A stretch of 64,000 nucleotides of DNA from Candidatus Levybacteria bacterium RIFCSPLOWO2_01_FULL_42_15. GTDB taxonomy: Bacteria; Patescibacteriota; Microgenomatia; Levybacterales; UBA12049. The translations under genes and the position numbers were made by a program. The notes beneath the pieces are model-generated. The model ran no database searches and was not told the DNA's origin. It saw only the letters and a program-made list of their open reading frames with translations. This document shows positions 9,206 to 18,846 of this stretch, one piece after another (the first letter of the stretch is position 1; each line of letters starts with the position of its first letter). Where the stretch lies: positions 18,593-82,592 of the forward strand of contig MFOZ01000019.1 in NCBI GenBank assembly GCA_001784055.1. The letters are read 5' to 3'.

Positions 9206-10381
9206 ATGATAGAGCAGGCTGTAATTTTGGCGGGCGGTCAGGGAAAAAGATTTCGTCCCCTCACATTGACTACTCCAAAGCCAATGATATTATTCCATGG
9301 AAAGCCTTTTTTTGCATACATTATAGAAATGCTTAAAAAAAACGGCATTAAAGAAGTAATTATTTTGACAGGTTATTTGCATGAAAAAATAGAGGATTAT
9401 TTTAAAGATGGACAAGAATTTGGTTTAAAAATAAAATATTCTTTTAGTCCAGTCGATGATGAAACAGGAACAAGAGTTAGAAAAGCAAAAAATTTAATTG
9501 CTGACACATTTCTTCTTTTGTATGGAGATAATTATTGGCCATTACAGTTGGATGAGCTTTTTAGGTTTTACAAAAAAATGAATACACAAGGATTAGTTAC
9601 GGTATACTCAAACATCGATAACTATACGAAAAACAACACTTTTGTTAACGATAAAGGACTGGTTGAGGTTTATGATAAAAGCCGACGAGCATCAGGATTG
9701 AACGGAGTAGATGTCGGATTTTTTATTTTGAGAAAAAGTATTTTAAAAAGTTTTCCGGAAGATAATTTCTCGTTTGAAAAAGTAATTCTGCCGAAAATGA
9801 TCGCGGAAAAACAACTTGCTGGATTCTTAACCTGCCATAAGTATTATGGATTAAGTAATTTAGAAAGAATACCGGTTATTGAAGAATTTTTTAAGCCAAA
9901 AAAAGTTATCTTGCTTGATAGGGACGGAGTAATTAATAAAAAACCTCCAAAAGCGGAATATATAAAAAATTGGAGCGAATTTAAATTTTTGCCGGGAGCA
10001 ATTGATGCGCTAAAGCTATTAACTAAGAAGGGATACCGAATTATTCTTATCTCCAATCAGGCGGGAATCGGAAGAGGAGCAATGACAGAAGAAGACCTTA
10101 AGAAAATTCATAAAAAGTTTTTGGAAGTATGCAGAAAAGAAGGAATTAATCTTACCGGAATTTATCACTGTCCCCATAATTGGGATGAGGGATGTTTTTG
10201 CAGGAAGCCAAAACCAGGCATGTTGTTTAAGGCGGCAGCTGATCATAATTTCGATCTAACAAAAACAATTTTCATCGGAGATGATGAGCGCGACGAGCAA
10301 GCAGGAAAAGCCGCTAATTGCAAAACTATATCATTGCACCAAGGACAAAATTTATTAGTTATTGTAAAAACTTTAGCGTAA
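9206..10381 (+). CDS. Bifunctional D-glycero-alpha-D-manno-heptose-1-phosphate guanylyltransferase (HddC-like NTP-transferase) fused to D,D-heptose-1,7-bisphosphate phosphatase (GmhB-like HAD)
   Basis: N-terminal sugar-1-P nucleotidyltransferase signature AVILAGGQGKRFRPLTLTTPKPM. C-terminal GmhB motifs (ILLDRDGVINKK; CPH...CFCRKPKPGM zinc site; GDDERD). Confidence 0.8.
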   Translation: MIEQAVILAGGQGKRFRPLTLTTPKPMILFHGKPFFAYIIEMLKKNGIKEVIILTGYLHEKIEDYFKDGQEFGLKIKYSFSPVDDETGTRVRKAKNLIADTFLLLYGDNYWPLQLDELFRFYKKMNTQGLVTVYSNIDNYTKNNTFVNDKGLVEVYDKSRRASGLNGVDVGFFILRKSILKSFPEDNFSFEKVILPKMIAEKQLAGFLTCHKYYGLSNLERIPVIEEFFKPKKVILLDRDGVINKKPPKAEYIKNWSEFKFLPGAIDALKLLTKKGYRIILISNQAGIGRGAMTEEDLKKIHKKFLEVCRKEGINLTGIYHCPHNWDEGCFCRKPKPGMLFKAAADHNFDLTKTIFIGDDERDEQAGKAANCKTISLHQGQNLLVIVKTLA

Positions 10382-10393
10382 AATGTTTTTATT

Positions 10394-11374
10394 ATGATTA
10401 TTTCGAGAACGCCACTTAGAATAAGTTTTGTTGGAGGAGGGAGCGATATCGCTTCTTTTTACCATCACACGTCTGGTGCTGTTGTTTCGACCGCAATTAA
10501 TAAATACATTTATATTGCAGTAAATAGGCAATTTGACGGAAGAATTCTTGTAAATTATTCAAAAACAGAAATTGTTACGAAAATTTCCGATATAGAAAAT
10601 AATTTAGTTAGAGAAGCGCTTAAATTAACAGGCGTAACGGGCGGAATTCACATAATATCCATAGCGGATATTCCTTCTGAAGGAACAGGAATGGGGTCAT
10701 CCAGTTCATATATTGTCGGACTTTTAAATGCGCTATATGCATATCAAGGAAAACATATAAATGCAGAAAAATTAGCAAAACAAGCATGTCAAATTGAGAT
10801 AGATATACTAAAAAAACCTATTGGTAAACAAGATCAATACATTGCCGCATACGGAGGGCTTCAACATATTAAGTTTAATTCAGATGAATCTGTTTATGTT
10901 GATCCAATTATTTGCAAGATGGAAACAAAAAAAACTCTTGAAAAGAGATTATTGCTTTTCTATACGGGTATTATGCGATCCGCAGACCCAATTTTGGCAA
11001 AACAAACAAAAAATATGGCATCCCTTACCGCAAAGAGGAAAATTATGAGTAAAATGGTACAGCTGGCAAGAGAGATGAGTAATGCGCTGAATAATAATAA
11101 ATTAAATGATTTTGGTAAGATGTTGCATGAAAATTGGATTTTTAAAACACAAATGGCACAGGGAGTTTCAAGTCTTCAGATTGATAGCTGGTATAAACTT
11201 GCCATAAAAAATGGAGCTATTGGCGGAAAGCTTTTGGGAGCGGGTGGGGGCGGTTTTCTCCTTTTTTATGCACCAGAAGAGAAACACGAGAAAATTATCA
11301 TCGCTCTTTCAGATTTATCCTATCAAAAGTTTTCATTCGAACCTCAAGGAAGTAAAATTATTTTTATTGATTAA
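10394..11374 (+). CDS. hddA: GHMP-family D-glycero-alpha-D-manno-heptose-7-phosphate kinase
   Basis: GHMP kinase motifs (PLRISFVGGGSDIASFY; GMGSSSS). Located between HddC/GmhB and GmhA. Confidence 0.8.
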   Translation: MIISRTPLRISFVGGGSDIASFYHHTSGAVVSTAINKYIYIAVNRQFDGRILVNYSKTEIVTKISDIENNLVREALKLTGVTGGIHIISIADIPSEGTGMGSSSSYIVGLLNALYAYQGKHINAEKLAKQACQIEIDILKKPIGKQDQYIAAYGGLQHIKFNSDESVYVDPIICKMETKKTLEKRLLLFYTGIMRSADPILAKQTKNMASLTAKRKIMSKMVQLAREMSNALNNNKLNDFGKMLHENWIFKTQMAQGVSSLQIDSWYKLAIKNGAIGGKLLGAGGGGFLLFYAPEEKHEKIIIALSDLSYQKFSFEPQGSKIIFID

Positions 11375-11377
11375 ATT

Positions 11378-12040
11378 ATGAAGAAGAAAAAAAGCGCGTT
11401 ACTCAGTCCAAAAGACTTTATAGAAGACTACATATTTGAGTTAAGTCGTTGTCTTAAATCTCTGGATAAAACAAAATTAGAGCTCATTATTGATGTTCTT
11501 ATTAATGCATACAAAAAAGATAAGAAAGTATTTATCTTAGGAAATGGCGGAAGCGCTACTACGGCCTCACATATGGCATGTGATTTGGGAAAGGGTACGT
11601 TGCAAAGAATATACGACAATACGGAGAGAAGATTTCGAGTTATTTCACTCACTGACAACGTGGCTATTATGACGGCTTTTGCAAACGATTTGAGTTTTGA
11701 TGATATTTTTATCCAACAGCTTAGGAATTTAGTTGAAACAGACGATGTTGTCATAGCGCTTTCCGGAAGCGGAAATAGCCCTAACGTAGTTAAGGCAATG
11801 GAATACGCTAAATTATGCGGAGCGAAAACTATCGGCATTCTTGGATTTAAAACTGGGGGAAAACTTGGGAATATGGTAGATTATTCAATTATTGCTGACA
11901 GCAACCATTATGGGCCAATTGAGGACATACAATTAATTCTTAATCATATGATCGCCGCATGGATTGCAAGAATTAAGAATATTCATGATGGGAAACCATA
12001 TGCAAAAAACGAGAATAAAAATAGCCCGTTTAAAAATTGA
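11378..12040 (+). CDS. gmhA: Sedoheptulose-7-phosphate isomerase (SIS domain)
   Basis: SIS-domain motif VFILGNGGSATTASHMACDL and size (220 aa) as in GmhA. Confidence 0.85.
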   Translation: MKKKKSALLSPKDFIEDYIFELSRCLKSLDKTKLELIIDVLINAYKKDKKVFILGNGGSATTASHMACDLGKGTLQRIYDNTERRFRVISLTDNVAIMTAFANDLSFDDIFIQQLRNLVETDDVVIALSGSGNSPNVVKAMEYAKLCGAKTIGILGFKTGGKLGNMVDYSIIADSNHYGPIEDIQLILNHMIAAWIARIKNIHDGKPYAKNENKNSPFKN

Positions 12041-12045
12041 TAAGC

Positions 12046-12858
12046 TTATCTAAAGAGATAAAAATATATATCTGATAAAGAAAATGGCTTATTATTCTTT
12101 TTAAATTTTTTAATGTCGGCCAAAGTAGGAAATGAAAAGTATTGCTTTTCATTTGGATGAAATCGGGCAAAAATTTCGATTTTATTGCTCGTTATATTCT
12201 TTAAAGCTTTTATCGTAGGGCCAATACTCTTATCAAATCCAAGAATATAGTTTTTAAATAAGGAATTGTTTTTAATTAAAGGAATAATTTCTTGATAAAC
12301 GACATTTCCTTGGTCTACTTTCGGTGTCATGAAATGAATGCTTACTCCAAACTCTTTTTCATTATAAAACATGGCCCAAAAAACTGGCAATACTCCGCCA
12401 TATTTTGGCAAAAGCGCAGTATGTCTATTAATGCATGCAATTTGAGGTAATTCTAAAAGATTTTTTTTAAATATCTGTCCCGAAGAAGAAATAATAATAT
12501 CAATATTTAATTTTCTTAAATAAGCAAGATGTTTACGGCTGTTAACATTATCTATTTTCACATACGGAACGTGAAATATGCGAGCAATTGATTGTACGGA
12601 GTATGTATTTTTTATTTGTATCTTATCCAAAAGATTTCTCACAAAACTCAATACTGCTATGCTAATAAAACCGAGGGTGCCCCATAAATGATATTGTTCA
12701 AGTAAGTAGTATGGAAATCCTTTTTTATAAATTTCCTTTAAGACGGTAACCCCAATAATTTTAAATTCCTTATCTGGTAGCTTTTGGAACAATCCTAAAA
12801 AATAATGAGGATGGAAAAGATTTTCTTCTGTAAGAATAAGATAGATTCGTTTTTTCAT
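12046..12858 (-). CDS. Formyltransferase-family protein (sugar N-formyltransferase-like)
   Basis: Fmt/PurN-type catalytic block INRHTALLPKYGGVLPVFWA (HxSLLPxxRG-like). 270 aa. Sits next to a sugar aminotransferase. Confidence 0.6.
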   Translation of the reverse strand: MKKRIYLILTEENLFHPHYFLGLFQKLPDKEFKIIGVTVLKEIYKKGFPYYLLEQYHLWGTLGFISIAVLSFVRNLLDKIQIKNTYSVQSIARIFHVPYVKIDNVNSRKHLAYLRKLNIDIIISSSGQIFKKNLLELPQIACINRHTALLPKYGGVLPVFWAMFYNEKEFGVSIHFMTPKVDQGNVVYQEIIPLIKNNSLFKNYILGFDKSIGPTIKALKNITSNKIEIFARFHPNEKQYFSFPTLADIKKFKKNNKPFSLSDIYFYLFR

Positions 12859-13730
12859 TAAACAATTTTTCTACTTTTAAGATATTCCATGCAAGTCTGA
12901 AAGGAGAAATTAGCTAATAGGTGTTCAAACATATTGTTAACAGATATCTTATAGGGTAAAAAAAGTGGATTTTTTAAAAAACTTTCTTGCTCGTCTGGTA
13001 TATATTTTTTTGATTTGGATTTTGGCATAATGAGTTGCCAGTTGTGAATAAAAAGATTTGCTACTTCCCCCTTTTTGCTATATGCAGATAATTTTTTTGC
13101 ATAATACTCTTTTTTTAGAATGCTCCAGAAATAACTTGACCCAAAAGGAATGCCAAATCGAAATAAATTTTCTAAAGATATGCTACTTGGAAATGAAATA
13201 TCAGAAATGCTTGGATTGTAGGATTGATTTGCTACGGATACAGGTAGCTCATAAATGCCATCAAAATTATATATACGTCCTGAATTTCCATAAGTGGATG
13301 AAGAATAGAGAAAGCCCCAATCTTTTAAGATATTGTAACCCTCTTTAAAAAAAACAATATTTGGCGCCTGGAAGCCCTTTACGTGATACTTTTGCAACAA
13401 ATTTTTTGATGCTTCAAGTTCATTTTTCAGAATTTTTTCATTATCTATATAACTATGTGAATAGCCATGCCAACCTATTTCATGGCCTTCTGCTTGTATC
13501 TTTTTTAGTAATCCTGGATATAATTCTTCTAATTTAAATACAACAAAAAAGGTAATTTTCTGATTATATTTTTTTAACACATCTAAAACAAATTGTAACG
13601 CCGATACAATATAATCATTGTCAAGTTGTCGAAGCTTCGCATTTGATAAATTATACTTATTGATTTTTCTTGAAACCACCCAGGATTCAAAATCCATGCA
13701 AAGGAGGTGAGAAAAGCCATTTTTTTCCAT
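12858..13730 (-). CDS. Polysaccharide deacetylase (NodB-homology, DUF3473-type)
   Basis: N-terminal MDFESW (DVEDW-like) motif. GHEIGWHGYSH motif (NodB His-His metal site). Confidence 0.6.
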   Translation of the reverse strand: MEKNGFSHLLCMDFESWVVSRKINKYNLSNAKLRQLDNDYIVSALQFVLDVLKKYNQKITFFVVFKLEELYPGLLKKIQAEGHEIGWHGYSHSYIDNEKILKNELEASKNLLQKYHVKGFQAPNIVFFKEGYNILKDWGFLYSSSTYGNSGRIYNFDGIYELPVSVANQSYNPSISDISFPSSISLENLFRFGIPFGSSYFWSILKKEYYAKKLSAYSKKGEVANLFIHNWQLIMPKSKSKKYIPDEQESFLKNPLFLPYKISVNNMFEHLLANFSFQTCMEYLKSRKIV

Positions 13731-13750
13731 AATTGCCTTTCAACAAAAAA

Positions 13751-14533
13751 CTACTTTCGCATTATTACACAGTAGCTATAGGCGAATCGGTCATCATGAT
13801 CAAAAATATCGATAATAAAGCCAAACATATTGGTAGCAAAAAATATAAAAGGAGAAACCAAAAACAAAGCAATACGAATAATAATTGGCCCCTCGGCTAT
13901 TTTTCTTATAACATAATGATTAATCATTGATGCAATGGTTGTACCGAAGTAAGAATATGTATAAATGCGTTCAATGGTAAAGCCAGTTCGTTTTGCTAAA
14001 TATTGGTACCCGCCTTTAGTAAATCGATAGAAATCTTTTTCTATACCTCCATGATCTCTGTATAAAAATGGTGTACTCGTAATACAAAGACCACCTTTTT
14101 TTAATACTCGATAGGCTTCTGCAAAAAATTGTACCGGATCTTCGATGTGTTCCAAAACAGAATAATTATAATATACGTCAAATGAGTTTTTTTTAAATTG
14201 AAGGTCTAGCGCATTACATTCTACGTCGATTCTTGCTTTATCTTTAGCTTTTCCGTAAAGGATATGTGTTATCATTCCCAGTGATTCAATTATTCTTGCT
14301 TGTTTTGTGAAGTCTTCATCCCAACTGGAATAATCAGTAGCGATATATTCTTTTATCTTTTTATTTAATTGCAAAGCCCGTTCTTTTTTAACACAATTTC
14401 CGCAGCCGGTCTCAAGAACCCTTCCATAGAAATGTGAAATGAGTTCATCATTTTCCGCGTTTGCTTTTATCATACTAAGCCAATGTGGATAAAATGGGGT
14501 ATTTACCAAAAGCGTAAAAACAACACGAAACAT
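13751..14533 (-). CDS. Class I SAM-dependent methyltransferase with C-terminal transmembrane helices
   Basis: Motif I VLETGCGNC, then VLEHIEDP...LKKGGL. Hydrophobic C-terminal 60 aa. Confidence 0.7.
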   Translation of the reverse strand: MFRVVFTLLVNTPFYPHWLSMIKANAENDELISHFYGRVLETGCGNCVKKERALQLNKKIKEYIATDYSSWDEDFTKQARIIESLGMITHILYGKAKDKARIDVECNALDLQFKKNSFDVYYNYSVLEHIEDPVQFFAEAYRVLKKGGLCITSTPFLYRDHGGIEKDFYRFTKGGYQYLAKRTGFTIERIYTYSYFGTTIASMINHYVIRKIAEGPIIIRIALFLVSPFIFFATNMFGFIIDIFDHDDRFAYSYCVIMRK

Positions 14534-14623
14534 ATATCTATTATATTTCTAAACGTATCTAATCGCAACTTGCTCACTTTAATGATACAATTGGGTTTAA
14601 GTCAATGCAGTAGAATTGAAAAT

Positions 14624-15742
14624 ATGAAAAAAATAAACTTGTTCGAGCCATATTGGACGAATGAAGACCTCGATGCTGTAACAGGTGTAATTAAAAGCGG
14701 TTGGTGGAAAGAAGGACCGATTTGTGAAAAGTTGGAAGAAGAATTTTGTGCGTATACGAAAACAAAGTATGCCGTATCAGTAAATAGTGCTACTGTGGGA
14801 CTGGACTTAATTTTTAAAGCATATGGTATTAAAAATGGAGAAGTAATTTTGCCCGCATTGACTTTTGTCGCTACAGGACTGATCCCCTTATATAACGATT
14901 GCAAGGTTATATTTGCTGATATAGATGAAGCAACACTGACAATTGACCCAAAAGATGTCGTGAAAAAAATAACTTCTAAAACAAAAGCAATTATCGTACA
15001 GCATCAATCCGGATACCCCGTAGATTTGGATAGTTTTGAGCAATTTAAAAAAAAAGGAATTTTAGTAATTGAAGATGCGGCTCACGGCGCCGGAACTTTT
15101 TATAAGGGAGAGCATGTTGGTACCAGAAATCCTTCTGTTTTTTCATTCAATGTTGTAAAAAATATTGCAGCGTGTGAGGGGGGGATGGTTACGACAGATA
15201 ATAAGGATATGGCAGAGAAAATGATGACCTTGCGATGGTTTGGTATAGATCAATTTGCCTGGAAAAAAGAAAAAAAGAAACATTTATGGGATTATTCCAT
15301 CTCCATGGTTGGATATAAATATCATTTCAATGATATTTTTGCCTCACTTGCTCGTGTACAATTAAAAAGGCTTAATAAAACAAATAAAAAAAGAAAAGAA
15401 TTAGCTCAGAGGTATAATGATAATTTTTTAAATAGATCCCTTCCTGTAAGAATTTTACTTATCAATTCCCCGGATATAATTTCTTCTCGTCATCAATATA
15501 TTATTCGGGTTGACGAGAAGCATAGGGATTCTTTAATTAATTGGTTGACAGACCATAAAATAATATCAGGAGTACATTATAAACCGATAAACCTATATCC
15601 GATTTTTGGTGGACATGGACATACTCCTGTTACTGATAGGGAATGGGGAAAAATGGTAACATTGCCTTTGCATCCGAAAATGACATTTGAAGATGTCGAT
15701 CATGTTTGTGAAGTAATAGCTCGATATTTTAAGCAAAATTAG
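14624..15742 (+). CDS. DegT/DnrJ/EryC1/StrS-family PLP-dependent nucleotide-sugar aminotransferase
   Basis: Typical start MKKINLFEPYW...D, then AVSVNSATVGLDL and the FSFNVVKNI Lys region. The ORF-track start at 14483 is an upstream extension; the Met at 14624 matches the family N-terminus. Confidence 0.85.
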   Translation: MKKINLFEPYWTNEDLDAVTGVIKSGWWKEGPICEKLEEEFCAYTKTKYAVSVNSATVGLDLIFKAYGIKNGEVILPALTFVATGLIPLYNDCKVIFADIDEATLTIDPKDVVKKITSKTKAIIVQHQSGYPVDLDSFEQFKKKGILVIEDAAHGAGTFYKGEHVGTRNPSVFSFNVVKNIAACEGGMVTTDNKDMAEKMMTLRWFGIDQFAWKKEKKKHLWDYSISMVGYKYHFNDIFASLARVQLKRLNKTNKKRKELAQRYNDNFLNRSLPVRILLINSPDIISSRHQYIIRVDEKHRDSLINWLTDHKIISGVHYKPINLYPIFGGHGHTPVTDREWGKMVTLPLHPKMTFEDVDHVCEVIARYFKQN

Positions 15743-15751
15743 TATTAGCTT

Positions 15752-17263
15752 GTGTTTTATTTTGTTGGATTTATTATTCCATTGATTAGTTATTTGTTTC
15801 AGATTTATCCCCGCTTGATAAATCGCTACTTTGGCGTGGATGTTTGGTCTCGGATGCTTGAGGCCGATTTTATTCGAAGAAATGGGCACCGAGTTCCTAT
15901 GCAAAAAATCAGCGATGGATTTATTTTGGAAGGATACTTTAATTATCCTCCTGTATTGCCTTGGCTCTTATCTTTTCTCTCAAAAAAAACGTTATTGGGC
16001 GTGCAGGGTTTTATCGCGCCGCTTTTTGATGTTATACAAAATATTTTAGTTTTTATTGCCATACTACAGTTAACTGGCAATATAGCTATCGCCGTACTGG
16101 GTCAAATTATCTATGCAACAATTCCTCTGGCTATCCTTGAGAATAGCTATTTAACTCCGCGATCGTTAGGTTATCTTACTTTTACTGTTGCATTTTACCC
16201 CTTAATTCTTTATTCCCTCGTACCCAATCCATTCTATCTTACCGTTGGGTTTATGTTTACCGTACTCTGTTTTTTTACGCACAGATTTGCCACTCAATCA
16301 CTTCTTTTTATGTGCGTATTTTTTTCTATCATAGATAGAAATCCTTTTTATCTCGCCGTTTTTTTTGGTGCTATGATTGTAGCAATTATCACAAGCCGTG
16401 GGTATTACCTGCGGGTTCTCGATGGACATATTGCAAATATTTACTTTTGGGTTTTAAATTATAAACTACGATTTGCCCATCAGGTACGAGGTATAGTAAA
16501 GAAAAGACAGAAGTGGGATTTTGTAAGCTTAGTATATTTTGTTTTAGGAAAATTTACCCCAGTGACACTTATTGGGACAAATCTTTGGATTGTAGTCCCG
16601 GTATTTTTCCTTCTGGAGAAGCTATTCGGTTTTGGTATCATTCCACAAGAGATTCTTATGGAACCGCTCTATTTTAAGATGTCTTTATGGGTACTATTTT
16701 GCTATGTTCTTGGAGCGCTTGTTTTATCCATTCCCTATCTTCAGCCTATTGGAGAAGGCCAGCGATATTTAGAAATGGCACTAGCTCCTACAGCAATAGT
16801 AGCAGCAGTGACATTTTCCCCCCTTTGGAGTACAGGCTATGCTGTTATTGCAACCGCTTGTTTTGTTCTCATACTTTGTACCAATATTGCTCTTACATTT
16901 ATCTCGCAATGGATGGGGATAATCAATGACAAATATAGAAGCCTTCATAAAGACATGCGAGAAGTATTTGCATTTATTAATACGCTCAAACCAGCTTCCC
17001 GAATTCTCTGTATTCCTCACCAAATAACAACAATGGTTTTGTACAATACAAAAGCAAGCGTATTGGTAGATATTCAAACGGGGACGTTACAACGAATACG
17101 TGATGTTTACCCAATATTAAGAAGCTCCGTACAAGATATCGCTAAAAAGTATAATCTTAATATGCTTATTCTCAAAAAATATTTTGCGTCCATGGAAGAA
17201 CTTAAACTTGATAAGAAATCTTTGATTTTTGAAACAGAAGAAACACAGATATTTAAACTTTAG
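15752..17263 (+). CDS. Polytopic membrane protein, putative GT-C-type glycosyltransferase
   Basis: About 12 predicted hydrophobic helices with extracytoplasmic loops. No recognisable transporter motifs. Sits inside the glycan cluster. Confidence 0.45.
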   Translation: MFYFVGFIIPLISYLFQIYPRLINRYFGVDVWSRMLEADFIRRNGHRVPMQKISDGFILEGYFNYPPVLPWLLSFLSKKTLLGVQGFIAPLFDVIQNILVFIAILQLTGNIAIAVLGQIIYATIPLAILENSYLTPRSLGYLTFTVAFYPLILYSLVPNPFYLTVGFMFTVLCFFTHRFATQSLLFMCVFFSIIDRNPFYLAVFFGAMIVAIITSRGYYLRVLDGHIANIYFWVLNYKLRFAHQVRGIVKKRQKWDFVSLVYFVLGKFTPVTLIGTNLWIVVPVFFLLEKLFGFGIIPQEILMEPLYFKMSLWVLFCYVLGALVLSIPYLQPIGEGQRYLEMALAPTAIVAAVTFSPLWSTGYAVIATACFVLILCTNIALTFISQWMGIINDKYRSLHKDMREVFAFINTLKPASRILCIPHQITTMVLYNTKASVLVDIQTGTLQRIRDVYPILRSSVQDIAKKYNLNMLILKKYFASMEELKLDKKSLIFETEETQIFKL

Positions 17264-17264
17264 T

Positions 17265-17930
17265 ATGGATAAAACAAAGAAAGTAATAACGAAGGTTCTT
17301 ATTCTCGGAACAGGAGGCATGTGTATTGATATTCTCGATATAATGAATGAGTTAGGTGGGTATACCTGTATTGGTTTTCTTGATGATGATAAGGAAAAAT
17401 GGAATAAGGAATATCAAGGCGTACGTGTTTTAGGACCTCTCACAAAGGCCAAAGAGTTTGTTGATGCCTATTTTGTTAACGGTATTGGTAATGCAAGCAA
17501 TTTTTTGCAGAAAAAAACAATTATCGATAGAACAGGAATTCCTGATGAAAAATTTCTATCTCTTGTTCATCCCACAGCCAGTATATCAAAAAGGGCTTCA
17601 GTTGGAATGGGTACTGTGATATTTCAGCATGTTACTGTGGCATCAAATGCAAAAATTGGCAATCACGTTTTAATTATGGCCAATAGTGTGGTAAGTCATG
17701 ATGTGATAGTGGGCGATTATACATATATAACAGGAGGTGCATGTATTTCTGGCTTGGTTACCATCGGCAGATCATCCTATTTGGGAACAAACTGTTCAAT
17801 TATTGGCAAAATTACCATTGGAGACAATGTGCTTATAGGTATGGGGAGCGTTGTGTTGAAAGATGTACCCTCGGATAGTGTATACGTAGGGAATCCTGCT
17901 AAATTTTTACGGAAAATAAATAACATGTAA
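17265..17930 (+). CDS. NeuD/PglD-family sugar N/O-acetyltransferase (Rossmann-like N-domain + hexapeptide repeats)
   Basis: N-terminal VLILGTGGMCIDILD...FLDDD. C-terminal left-handed beta-helix repeats (IGNHVLIMANSVVSHDVIVGDYTYI...). Start chosen at the Met following the upstream stop (17261-17263). Confidence 0.75.
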   Translation: MDKTKKVITKVLILGTGGMCIDILDIMNELGGYTCIGFLDDDKEKWNKEYQGVRVLGPLTKAKEFVDAYFVNGIGNASNFLQKKTIIDRTGIPDEKFLSLVHPTASISKRASVGMGTVIFQHVTVASNAKIGNHVLIMANSVVSHDVIVGDYTYITGGACISGLVTIGRSSYLGTNCSIIGKITIGDNVLIGMGSVVLKDVPSDSVYVGNPAKFLRKINNM

Positions 17931-17999
17931 TAGGATATCTGAATGATTCTGTGAGATGCTTGTGTATTGCAGGGAGAAAGTTGAGGATTGGAGGAAATA

Positions 18000-18635
18000 T
18001 TAATTTTTTACGGCCATAGCAATAAGTTCATCAATAGGTTTATTATACCAGCTGCTTTGTTTATATTCCTTAATTTTGTTAGGGGAGAAGCGGAATTTTA
18101 TTAATTTTGCCGGAACCCCGCCATAAATCCCAAATTCTTGCGTAAGTCCCTTTACTAAGGAGTGTGTGCCAATCCCTCCACCATTTTTTATCGTACTGCC
18201 TCCTATTACGCTTACATTCTCGCCAATCCAAACATCTTTTTCTATTTTCGTATAGCCATAGTAAACTCTTTCTTTATTGCGCAGAGCTTTTTGCTTACTT
18301 TTTTTCAGGAGAATATAGAAGCTAAATGTTGAGAAACGATTATAATTGTGACCGTACGGCAAAACCTTAAAATCAGCACCGATAGATGTGAATTTATCAA
18401 TAGAAACATTGGAAATTTTAGCATCCCGTCCAAGAATTGAATATTCCTCGAGAATTACATTTGGTCCTATCCACGAATTACATCCCACTCTCGCATTTTT
18501 TTTTATTGTAACAGTGAATATGTCTATCAGGCATCCTCCGCGAATCATAGCTCCCGGATATCGTATCCAATAAACCGGCATTAATATCCACCCAAGTATA
18601 TTAGCAACTGTTTTTTCCATAAATCTAATTACCAT
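18000..18635 (-). CDS. Hexapeptide-repeat acetyltransferase (maltose/xenobiotic O-acetyltransferase-like)
   Basis: Hexapeptide repeats (VGCNSWIGPNVIL...; VWIGENVSVIGGSTI). 211 aa. Confidence 0.7.
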   Translation of the reverse strand: MVIRFMEKTVANILGWILMPVYWIRYPGAMIRGGCLIDIFTVTIKKNARVGCNSWIGPNVILEEYSILGRDAKISNVSIDKFTSIGADFKVLPYGHNYNRFSTFSFYILLKKSKQKALRNKERVYYGYTKIEKDVWIGENVSVIGGSTIKNGGGIGTHSLVKGLTQEFGIYGGVPAKLIKFRFSPNKIKEYKQSSWYNKPIDELIAMAVKN

Positions 18636-18846
18636 AAATTATAAGATAAAGAGCTTATGCTGGCAAGTATTTGTTTTTTTTGCAATTTGTATAATAATAG
18701 TGTATAAAAATGAAAGTAAAATTTTTATATCTAATTTATTTATGTTAAATTCTAATAAAAATGAAAACCCATTTGTATTAATAATGACTCTTTCCTATTG
18801 GGGATTAAGACCAAAAATTTTCCGCGGTTTTTAATGGAGAAAGATA

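Noticed and set aside
18636-18846. Possible small RNA or tRNA in the 212-bp AT-rich gap
   Set aside because: No cloverleaf-compatible stems or conserved tRNA boxes were seen. The region reads as a divergent promoter (TTGCAA-N17-TATAAA) plus an RBS (GGAG) for the downstream membrane protein.
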